A stretch of 64,000 nt of DNA from an uncultured Gemmatimonadales bacterium (GTDB taxonomy: Bacteria; Gemmatimonadota; Gemmatimonadetes; Gemmatimonadales; Gemmatimonadaceae), in contig CAWKNZ010000001.1 in the NCBI GenBank assembly GCA_963851265.1, positions 160,001 through 224,000 of the forward strand, read 5' to 3'. Numbering within the stretch: position 1 is the stretch's first letter; each line of letters opens with the position of its first letter. Both the position numbers and the translations under genes were made by a program. Under the pieces are notes generated by a model. The model did no database searches and was not told the origin of the DNA. It was given only the letters and a program-made list of their open reading frames with translations. Positions 56,107 to 64,000 of the stretch are shown piece by piece.

Positions 56107-56784
56107 GTGAGCCATCGGCGGACCGCGCCCGACAGTGCCAGAGCTAGGCCAGTCACGTCTGCGAACCTCTACGGCGACACGGTCGACGACGCGCTCGGCG
56201 ACGCGGCCGCGGCGGTCGAGGACGCGCACGAGAGCACGCGCGCCGTGGCGAGCGCCCTCGCCGAGCACCGTCGCGTGGCGGCGGACGCCGAGGTCACGCT
56301 CGGGGAGGCGACGAGCCACGCCCGGATCGCGATGAGCGCCGTCGCCGACATCGGGACCGCGGTCGCGCGCGGCGAGGCGCTCGTCGCGGCGCTGGCGCGG
56401 CTGGCGCGGCAGACGCAGCGGACCGCGCTCAACGCGTCGATCGAGGCGGCGCGCGTGGGCGACGAGGGGCGCGCGTTCGCGGCCGTGGCCGAGGCGTTAC
56501 GGCGGCTCGCGGACGAGGCGGCCGCGGCGGCCCGGACCGCGGCGGCGGAGATGGCGGACGCGCAGGACGAGACCGGGCGTGCCTCGATCGCCGTCCGCCG
56601 TTCGGCCGAGGCACTCGATCACGCCCGCGGGCCGGTGCGCGCGCTGGTCGGCGCTCTCGGTGGTCTGACCGACGAGGCTGCCGACGCGGTGGCCACCACG
56701 CACCTGTGTGCGACCGCGATCGGTGCCGCGCGCGCCGCGACTCCGTCGGTCGAGTCGAACTACTTGCCGACGCAGAACGACTGA
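56107..56784 (+). CDS. Stand-alone methyl-accepting chemotaxis signalling-domain-like protein
   Basis: QTQRTALNASIEAARVGDEGRAFAAVAEALRRLA; start uncertain. Confidence 0.65.
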   Translation: MSHRRTAPDSARARPVTSANLYGDTVDDALGDAAAAVEDAHESTRAVASALAEHRRVAADAEVTLGEATSHARIAMSAVADIGTAVARGEALVAALARLARQTQRTALNASIEAARVGDEGRAFAAVAEALRRLADEAAAAARTAAAEMADAQDETGRASIAVRRSAEALDHARGPVRALVGALGGLTDEAADAVATTHLCATAIGAARAATPSVESNYLPTQND

Positions 56785-58154
56785 AACACCCGGTCGAGCA
56801 CGTCCTCGACGTCGACGCCGCCGATCACGGCGCCGAGTGCCGCCGCGGCGGCATGCAGGTGCACGGCCGCGACCACGGCGGGGAGTGTGCCGTCCCGCCA
56901 CGCCGCGGCGAACTCGGCCAGTTCGTCGCGCCCCTCGCGGAGTGCGCGGCGGTGCCGCTCGCGGGTGACGAGCGGGAGGTCAGGCTCGGGTGTGCCGTAG
57001 CGCTCCGACACCGCGCGTTCGACCGCTGCGACGATAGATGACAGTCCAGCGCCAGTATCCGCACTCACCACGAGCAAGTGGGCCGAATCGTCGGTCGTGG
57101 GATGCAGATCGCCTTTCGTGCGCACGCGCAGGATTGGCGCGTCGGTGAGCGCGGCGACGTGTGACGCGGTCTGCTCGATGTCGGCCCGACGCTCGCCGCA
57201 GGCGAGGATGACGTGCGCGCGGCGGACCCAGCGTTCGCTGAGTTCGACGCCGAGCCGCTCGACCACGTCGGCCGTTTCACGCAGGCCCGCCGTGTCGACC
57301 AGGCGGAGCGGCCAGGGTGGGCGGGGGCCGCCGTCGTCGGTTCGCGGTTCGATCACGACCTCGAGCGCGTCGCGCGTGGTGCCCGGCACCTCGGTGACGA
57401 TGGCTCGAGCCTCGCCCGCGAGCGCGTTGAACAGCGACGATTTGCCCGCGTTGGGCGGCCCGGCGAGCACGACGACCGCGCCGTCGCGGACGATCTGTCC
57501 CGCCGGCACCGTCGCGAGCAGGGCGTCGACGTCGGCGAGCGCCGCGCCCACCGCCGCGAGCACGCGCCCGCGGGGGACCGGCCCGTCGTCCTCCTCCGGG
57601 AAGTCGACGTCGTAGGCGACGAGCGCCTCCGCTTCGAGTACCCGTTCGCGCAGCGCGGTGATGCGCCGCGTGAGACCGCCGTCGAGTTGGCGCAGGGCGG
57701 CGTCGCGCATCGCGTCGGTGCGCGCGTCGATCAGATCGCCGGTCGCCTCGGCCTGGGCGAGGTCGAGCCGACCATGGAGGACGGCGCGGCGGGTGAACTC
57801 ACCCGGCAGCGCCGGGCGCGCGCCCGCCGCCACCAGCGCCGCGAGCACCGCCGCCGGTGCCGCGAGCCCGCCGTGGGTGGAAAGCTCGACGACGTCCTCG
57901 CCCGTGTACGAGCGCGGCGCGGGGAACACGGTCGCGAGCACGCGGTCGAGCAGGCGCGCCGACTCCGGATCGCGCGCGGCGCGGAGCGCCGCGGTGCGCG
58001 GCGGTGGGGGCCACGGCGCGCCGCCGCCCACCACGCGCCCGGCGACGGCGATCGCGTCGGGGCCGCTGACCCGCACGACCGCCACCCCGCCGCGGCCGGG
58101 GGCGGTCGCGAGGGCGGCGATGGTGTCGGCGAGCAGATCGGGAGACGTGGGCAA
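56760..58154 (-). CDS. mnmE: tRNA modification GTPase MnmE/TrmE
   Basis: DTIAALAT, SYTGEDVVE, PGEFTRRA, GPPNAGKSS, GTTRD, DTAG, C-terminal FCVGK. Confidence 0.97.
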   Translation of the reverse strand: MPTSPDLLADTIAALATAPGRGGVAVVRVSGPDAIAVAGRVVGGGAPWPPPPRTAALRAARDPESARLLDRVLATVFPAPRSYTGEDVVELSTHGGLAAPAAVLAALVAAGARPALPGEFTRRAVLHGRLDLAQAEATGDLIDARTDAMRDAALRQLDGGLTRRITALRERVLEAEALVAYDVDFPEEDDGPVPRGRVLAAVGAALADVDALLATVPAGQIVRDGAVVVLAGPPNAGKSSLFNALAGEARAIVTEVPGTTRDALEVVIEPRTDDGGPRPPWPLRLVDTAGLRETADVVERLGVELSERWVRRAHVILACGERRADIEQTASHVAALTDAPILRVRTKGDLHPTTDDSAHLLVVSADTGAGLSSIVAAVERAVSERYGTPEPDLPLVTRERHRRALREGRDELAEFAAAWRDGTLPAVVAAVHLHAAAAALGAVIGGVDVEDVLDRVFQSFCVGK

Positions 58155-58216
58155 CGATGGTGGGGGGCTGGCCGTTGCAAGCTACGCCGCTGGTGCCCTC
58201 CCCTTCGACCTCCGAC

Positions 58217-60247
58217 ATGCGTCGCGCTTCCTCGCTCGCCACCGCTCTCGTTCTCACCCTCGGCGGAGTCGCCCCCGCCGCGGCCTGCGCGCAACTGGTC
58301 GACACCGGGTACGTCCGCGCCCACTACCTCAAGCGCGAGGTCCGCATCCCCATGCGCGACGGCGTGCAGCTGTTCACGAGCATCTACGTGCCGCGCGACA
58401 CGATGCGCAGCTACCCGGTGATGCTCGATCGGACGCCCTACTCGGTCGCCCCATACGGCCCCGACGCGATGGCTCGCTCCCTCGGTCCGTCGGCGGCCTT
58501 CACGCGCGAGGGATTCGTCTTCGTCTATCAGGACGTGCGCGGGCGTTACATGAGCGAGGGCGCGTTCTACGAGATGACGCCGCACAACGACCGGGCCCAC
58601 CCGGCGTCCTCGGTGCACCGCGGCACGGCGGCCGACGTGCCCGCCGGCGGCCGCCAGCCGGTGGGCGGCGTGCTCAGCGACGAGAGCACCGACACGTACG
58701 ACACGATCGCGTGGATCCTCAAGAATGTGCCGCACGTGGCGCCGCGCATCGGCATCTGGGGCATCAGCTACCCCGGCTTCTACACGGCGGCGAGCAGCAT
58801 CGACGCCCACCCCGCCCTGGTCGCGTCCAGCCCGCAGGCGCCGATGACCGACGAGGCGTCGGGCGACGACGTGCTGCACGGCGGGGCGCAGATGCTGGCC
58901 GCCAACTTCTCGTTCGACGTCTGCTTCAGCCGACCGGTGCCCAACCCGGCGCCGCCGACGCCGTGCCCGTTCGACGCCGGCACGCCGGACGGCTACGCCT
59001 ACTACCTCGGCATGGGTCCCGTCGGCCCGGGCAGCCGCCGCCTCGCTGCCGAGGGGCTCGCGCGAGGCAGCAGCACCGGAGCGACCGCGGCTCCCGTCAA
59101 CTACGCGCTCGGCGACTCGCTCCGCATCTGGGAGGAGCTGATCGCCCACCCCAACTACGACGCGTACTGGGCGGCCAAGAACACGCGTCCGCACCTGCGC
59201 GACATGCGACCGGCGATGCTCGTCGTGGGCGGCTGGTACGACGCCGAAGACCTGTTCGGCGCCCTCGCCACGTACCGCGCCGCCAACGCGCAGAGTCCCA
59301 ACGGCGACGTGCGCCTCGTGATGGGCCCGTGGTCCCACGGCCAGTGGTCGCGCGGTGACGGGGACCGCCTGGGAGAGGCACGGTTCGACGCCAACACGGG
59401 TCCGTGGTACCGCGACTCGGTCGAGTTCCCGTTCTTCATGCACCATCTCAAGGGCACGCCGGCGCCCGACCTGCCCGAGGCACTCGTTTTCGAGACGGGG
59501 CGCAACACGTGGCGCCGTTACCCGCAGTGGCCGCCCCGCGAGGCACGGCCGATGGCGCTCGTGCTGGGCGCGGGCGGCACGCTGCGCGTCTGCGCCCGCG
59601 CCGACGCGGCGTGCGCGGCCACGGCGGGCCCCGCCGGCGCCGACGCGTACGCGAGCGACCCCGCACACCCCGTCCCGTTCACCGAGATCGTCGACCCCGA
59701 GGTCCCGCGCGAGTACATGACCGGCGACCAGCGCTTCGCCTCGCGCCGCGCCGACGTGCTCGCGTACCAGACCGCCCCGCTCACCGGAGACGTGACGATC
59801 GCGGGCCCGGTCGCCCCCGTCCTGCGCGTGAGCACGAGCGGCACCGACGCGGATTACGTCGTCAAGCTGATCGACGTCTTCCCCGACTCCGCGCGGGACC
59901 CCGAAGGGTTACCCGACGGCTTCCACTACGGCGGCTATCAGCAACTCGTGCGTGGGGAGCCCATGCGCGCGCGCTTCCGCGAGTCGTTCACGACGCCAAG
60001 GCCGATGGTGCCCGACGTCCCCACGCGCGTGGCGTCGACGATGCCCGACGTGAACCACACGTTCCGCCGCGGGCACCGGATCATGCTGCAGGTGCAGAGC
60101 ACGTGGTTTCCGCTTGTGGATCGGAATCCGCAGACGTATGTGCCCAACATCAATTTCGCGCGACCCGAGGATTTTCGGGCGGCGACGATGCGGGTGTATC
60201 GTGGCGGCGGGGAGGGGTCGAGGGTGGAGGTGATGGTGGTGCCGTGA
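58217..60247 (+). CDS. CocE/NonD-family hydrolase (alpha-amino acid ester hydrolase-like), exported
   Basis: IPMRDGVQL, RTPY, QDVRGR, GISYPG, GGWYDAED, GPWSHG. Confidence 0.92.
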   Translation: MRRASSLATALVLTLGGVAPAAACAQLVDTGYVRAHYLKREVRIPMRDGVQLFTSIYVPRDTMRSYPVMLDRTPYSVAPYGPDAMARSLGPSAAFTREGFVFVYQDVRGRYMSEGAFYEMTPHNDRAHPASSVHRGTAADVPAGGRQPVGGVLSDESTDTYDTIAWILKNVPHVAPRIGIWGISYPGFYTAASSIDAHPALVASSPQAPMTDEASGDDVLHGGAQMLAANFSFDVCFSRPVPNPAPPTPCPFDAGTPDGYAYYLGMGPVGPGSRRLAAEGLARGSSTGATAAPVNYALGDSLRIWEELIAHPNYDAYWAAKNTRPHLRDMRPAMLVVGGWYDAEDLFGALATYRAANAQSPNGDVRLVMGPWSHGQWSRGDGDRLGEARFDANTGPWYRDSVEFPFFMHHLKGTPAPDLPEALVFETGRNTWRRYPQWPPREARPMALVLGAGGTLRVCARADAACAATAGPAGADAYASDPAHPVPFTEIVDPEVPREYMTGDQRFASRRADVLAYQTAPLTGDVTIAGPVAPVLRVSTSGTDADYVVKLIDVFPDSARDPEGLPDGFHYGGYQQLVRGEPMRARFRESFTTPRPMVPDVPTRVASTMPDVNHTFRRGHRIMLQVQSTWFPLVDRNPQTYVPNINFARPEDFRAATMRVYRGGGEGSRVEVMVVP

Positions 60248-60307
60248 CGACGCTCGTCGCTGAGGGTGGACCCCTACGTTCGCGGGGGTGCACCCCTCAG
60301 CCGCGAC

Positions 60308-62506
60308 TCACTGTGCGCGCCCTCCCACCGCCCGCGCCGCCTCCTCGATCGCCCGCGTCGCCGCCCCGATCCGCGCCGCCAGATCCGCGGCCTCGCGCCC
60401 GGCCCGCACGCCATCCCCGTCCCGCAGCGCCTCCGCCACCGACGGGAAGACGACGGTCGCGTATCCGTTGTCCTCGTCCGCCGCGTACACGAGGTTTCGA
60501 AACCACGTCCGGGTCCGAAGTCCTTCGGGCCGCGTGATCGCCCGCTCCACCCGCTTGAGCGCCTCGTTCGTGGCGGCGAGCGACCGCGCCGACGGCGGCG
60601 TGCCCGCGGCGAGCGCCGAATCGCGAACGGCGGCGAACGCGGCGGCTGCGCGCTCCATCGTGCCCAGCGCGGCGGCGATGGGCGCCGTGACGGTTGGCCC
60701 TGCACCGGCGGCCGCGCCGCGCGCGTCGAGCGCCGGCAGGAAGCGCGCGAGCGTGCGCGCGTACTCCACGTAGTCGTACGGCAGCACGTCCGCGTTCGCG
60801 AGCCGGAGCGTCATCGCCGCGCCGATCCGTGCGGCCGCCGCGTGGTAGCGGAACCCGGGGTCGCCGAACCGGCTCATCCAGGCGAACGAGTCGTACTGCG
60901 AGTGGTAGACCCCGCCCGGTCCCCCGAAGCCCCACTCGGCGATCGGAATCCCGAGGTGGTTGTAGAATCCGGCGAAGTCGCTCCCGCCGCCCGGGTCACT
61001 CATTGCCGGCTCCGCGGCGGCTGCGGCCGCAATCGCGCCCGGTGCACGCGCGGCCTGCCGGCGCCAGACGTCGTACACGCTCCCACCTGCCGGGTCGGGA
61101 ACCGTGCGCGCCACGCTGCGGAGCACCTCCCGGAGCGACGGCGAGCCGCCGCCGCCGAACGCGACGCCCTGCGCCGCCACGTCCTGGTTGAGGTACGCCA
61201 CCGCGTGCCGCGACAGGCGGAGTGTGTCGTCCTCGACGTACTCCGTCGAGCCGACCAGCCCCCACTCCTCCGCGTCCCACGTCGCGAACACGATCGTGCG
61301 GCGCGGGCGGCGCCCGGCCTTGAGTTCCTCCGACACCGCCCGCGCCGCCTCGAGCACGCTGGCGGTGCCGCTCACGTTGTCGGCCGCGCCCGGACCCCAG
61401 CCGTCGCGGTGCCCACCGATGAGCACCAGTTCGTCCGCGAGGTCGGTGCCGCGCACCACGCCGAAGGTGTCCCAGATCGTCTTGTACGCGTTGGTCGCCC
61501 GGTCGTCGGCCACCCGCACGCGGGCGCGCACCGGGCCCGGGCCCGCGTGGTAGCGGAACGCGAGGCCGCCCTGCCACGCCTGCGGCACGTTCGCGCCGCG
61601 CAGCCCGGCCAGCAGCTGCCGCGCGTTGCCGTACGAGATCGGCACGACGGGGATGTGCGCGATGTCCATCTGCGCCTCGGTCAGCCGCCGTGCGCCCTCG
61701 GTGCTCGGATAGCCGGGCGTGCTCGGATCGCCGTCGCCGTTGTAGATGGACCCGCGCTGCACACCCGCGGCCGGGCGCATGGGACCCTCGGGGTAGACGT
61801 CGCCGCGCACGTACCCGTCGTCCTGCGGATCGCTGTAGATCAGCACGGCCACCGCGCCGCGCTTCTCGGCCTCGCGCGCCTTGATGCCGCGGAAGCTCCG
61901 CCCGTACCGTGCGACGACGATCTTGCCGCGCACCGACACGCCGAGCGCGTCGAGCACGCGGTAGTCGTCGATGAGGCCGTAGTTGACGTACAGCACCTCG
62001 CCCGCGCCCTCGCCCGCGCCGCTCGTGCCGTTGACGGTCGGGTACTGGGCGAGCAGGCTCGTCGAGTCGCCGGCGACCGCGGGTTCGCGCAGGTCGAGCG
62101 CGGCGCTGTCCCCCGCCGCGCCGCCGTACGAGACGCTCACCGCGGTGGGCTGTGGCAGGAACACGCGATAGGCGCGCACCTCGGTCGGGATGTTCATCGC
62201 GCGCAGTTGGGCGAGCACGTAGTCCCGCGTGCGCGCCTGCGCGGGCGTGCCCGCGACGTGCGTCTCGGCCGAGAGCGCGCGCGAGTGCGCCTCGGCGCGC
62301 GAGGGGTCCGGGCGGGCCACGGCGCTCGTCTCGATGGCCTGCTCCGCCGCGGCGTGGGCGGGCGTGTACCCGACGAGGGCGGTCGGCGCGGTCATCGTCG
62401 AGCCGGCGCCGGGGACGGGCTGCGCGAACGCGACGCGCGCCGCCGGCGACAGGCAGGGCGACAGGCAGGCTGAGAGGACGGCCAGCGCGAAGCGGGAGCG
62501 AGGCAC
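60308..62506 (-). CDS. M28 peptidase with PA and transferrin-receptor-like dimerisation domains (GCPII-like)
   Basis: YVNYG, ARYG, VQRGS, GGHRDGW, GAADN, WDAEE, GSD, YHSQYD. Confidence 0.92.
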   Translation of the reverse strand: MPRSRFALAVLSACLSPCLSPAARVAFAQPVPGAGSTMTAPTALVGYTPAHAAAEQAIETSAVARPDPSRAEAHSRALSAETHVAGTPAQARTRDYVLAQLRAMNIPTEVRAYRVFLPQPTAVSVSYGGAAGDSAALDLREPAVAGDSTSLLAQYPTVNGTSGAGEGAGEVLYVNYGLIDDYRVLDALGVSVRGKIVVARYGRSFRGIKAREAEKRGAVAVLIYSDPQDDGYVRGDVYPEGPMRPAAGVQRGSIYNGDGDPSTPGYPSTEGARRLTEAQMDIAHIPVVPISYGNARQLLAGLRGANVPQAWQGGLAFRYHAGPGPVRARVRVADDRATNAYKTIWDTFGVVRGTDLADELVLIGGHRDGWGPGAADNVSGTASVLEAARAVSEELKAGRRPRRTIVFATWDAEEWGLVGSTEYVEDDTLRLSRHAVAYLNQDVAAQGVAFGGGGSPSLREVLRSVARTVPDPAGGSVYDVWRRQAARAPGAIAAAAAAEPAMSDPGGGSDFAGFYNHLGIPIAEWGFGGPGGVYHSQYDSFAWMSRFGDPGFRYHAAAARIGAAMTLRLANADVLPYDYVEYARTLARFLPALDARGAAAGAGPTVTAPIAAALGTMERAAAAFAAVRDSALAAGTPPSARSLAATNEALKRVERAITRPEGLRTRTWFRNLVYAADEDNGYATVVFPSVAEALRDGDGVRAGREAADLAARIGAATRAIEEAARAVGGRAQ

Positions 62507-62752
62507 GGGGGAGGGGCGAGAGGAAACACGCCGTTGGGCAGGCGCCGCGGCGTGCACACGGTAACGCACCGGCCCCGGCGGGTGCTGGGAGAGTGCCGGG
62601 CGGACGGTGGATGGGCGCCGGAGCGCCGATGCGCGCGCGCCGAATATGACGCGCTCGGCATGCGCTCGGCCCGTGCATTGCGAAGGGGGACGCGCGACCG
62701 TGCCGGGTCGATTTGCCACCATTCCTCAAGCTGCTACAGCGCCGTTGACGAG

Positions 62753-64000
62753 ATGACCACGTTCGTCGCCGCGAGCGCGGAATGGTTCCGTCGAGCCGAC
62801 CGGTACCGCAACGCGGTGCTCGCGCTCGTGCTGCTGGCTGCCGTGGCGCAGACGGCGGGCGGAATCCGTATCCACCCCGCGGTGTTCGTCACCCTGGCGT
62901 TGTGGCTCGCGGCCGGGCTCGCGGCGGGGCGTGCGATGCGACGCGTCCGCGATCGGCACCAGATCTGGCGCTGGCGCCTCGCCGTCTACATCCTCGACCT
63001 CGTCGGAATCGCCGTCGTCGAGTACGCGAGCGGTGGCATCGGGCTGATCGGCGCGTTGCCGTACGCCTTCACCATCGCCTTCTCGGCGGCCACGCTCACC
63101 GAAACGGCGGTGTACGCCCTGACCGCACTGGCGGTGGCGGCGTACGGCGTGCCGCTCTTCGGCGTGGCCGCGGGCGCGCTGCCGCCAGTCCTGCTGGTCA
63201 ACGCGCCCACGATGCCGCCCACGGTCGCGCAGGCTGCGGCGGTGTGGGCCGCCGGCACCGTGTTCCTCGCCGTGCTCGCGGTGCTGATGACCACGTTCGT
63301 GCGCCTGCTCCGGCGTGCCGGCAGCCGGTATCAGCTGTTGTTCGAGCAGGCGCCGGTCATCATCGCGACCTTCGACCGCACGCTCTGCATCACCAGCATC
63401 AACCCCGCGGGCGCGTCGGGCCTCGGCACCACGCCCGAGGCCGTGATCGGCACGTCGGTGCTCGCCTGGTCGGTGGACGAGCGGGGCGCCGAGGTCCGCA
63501 CACACTTCACCGAGGTCTTCGCCGGGCGCCCGCAGCACTTTCTGACGCGCCTGCGGCGAGTCGACGGCGCCATCCGCTGGGCCGACGTCACGCTCCACCC
63601 CGTACGCGACGACGGGGTGCCGCGCACCGCGGCCGCCGGTCACGCGGTCACCGGGGCCCTCGGCCTCGTGCGCGACGTGACGGAGGAGCGCGCCGCCGGC
63701 GAGGCGATCGCGGCGAGCGAGGCGCGATTCCGCGCACTCGTCCAGCATTCGTCCGACGCCATCACGATCGTCGACGCCGGCGGGCGCTGTTTGTACGTGA
63801 GTCCGTCGGTGCACACCCAGTTCGGGTACGAGCCCAGCGACGCCCTCGGCCGGCGGATGCAGGATTTCGTGCACCCCGAGGACCTCCCGATCGTCACCGC
63901 GGCATTGCGCGACGCGCAGCGCGCGCCGGCTACGCTGCGCTACCGGGCACGCCACGCCGACGGCTCCTGGCGTCAGGTCGAGAGCGTGGGGCGCGACCTG
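62753..64000 (+). CDS. Membrane-anchored multi-PAS signalling protein, partial (runs off window end; absent from ORF track)
   Basis: Manual translation MTTFVAASAEWFRR...; several TM segments, then YQLLFEQAP...RDVTE and RFRALVQHSSDAI...FVHPED; no stop. Confidence 0.85.
   Translation, partial: MTTFVAASAEWFRRADRYRNAVLALVLLAAVAQTAGGIRIHPAVFVTLALWLAAGLAAGRAMRRVRDRHQIWRWRLAVYILDLVGIAVVEYASGGIGLIGALPYAFTIAFSAATLTETAVYALTALAVAAYGVPLFGVAAGALPPVLLVNAPTMPPTVAQAAAVWAAGTVFLAVLAVLMTTFVRLLRRAGSRYQLLFEQAPVIIATFDRTLCITSINPAGASGLGTTPEAVIGTSVLAWSVDERGAEVRTHFTEVFAGRPQHFLTRLRRVDGAIRWADVTLHPVRDDGVPRTAAAGHAVTGALGLVRDVTEERAAGEAIAASEARFRALVQHSSDAITIVDAGGRCLYVSPSVHTQFGYEPSDALGRRMQDFVHPEDLPIVTAALRDAQRAPATLRYRARHADGSWRQVESVGRDL

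Overview
Very GC-rich (roughly 70-75% by eye) bacterial chromosomal segment; gene content and style suggest Gemmatimonadota (inference). It looks origin-proximal: it holds mnmG, parA, parB and mnmE, plus polA, pgm, pyrE, menA, a cold-shock gene, an aroF-pheA-tyrA-aroH-aminotransferase operon, a split nucleoside-type ABC transporter, several sensor kinases and many exported hydrolases and lipoproteins. I saw no rRNA, tRNA, CRISPR, transposase or phage genes. The strongest unannotated signals are non-coding or tiny. (1) A complete Tyr/Phe ribosome-mediated attenuator (33-aa leader peptide, candidate antiterminator, U-tailed terminator) precedes the aromatic operon. (2) A non-canonical parS-like palindrome, TGTGGCACGTGCCACA, occurs around mnmG-parAB (two perfect copies, one near-perfect), and ParB has an altered recognition helix. 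(3) A cluster of DnaA-box-like 9-mers follows parB. (4) The octamer GCCTAACG appears over-represented and forces rare codons. (5) Several genes have leaderless-type promoters. All calls come from reading motifs by eye; no database searches were run.
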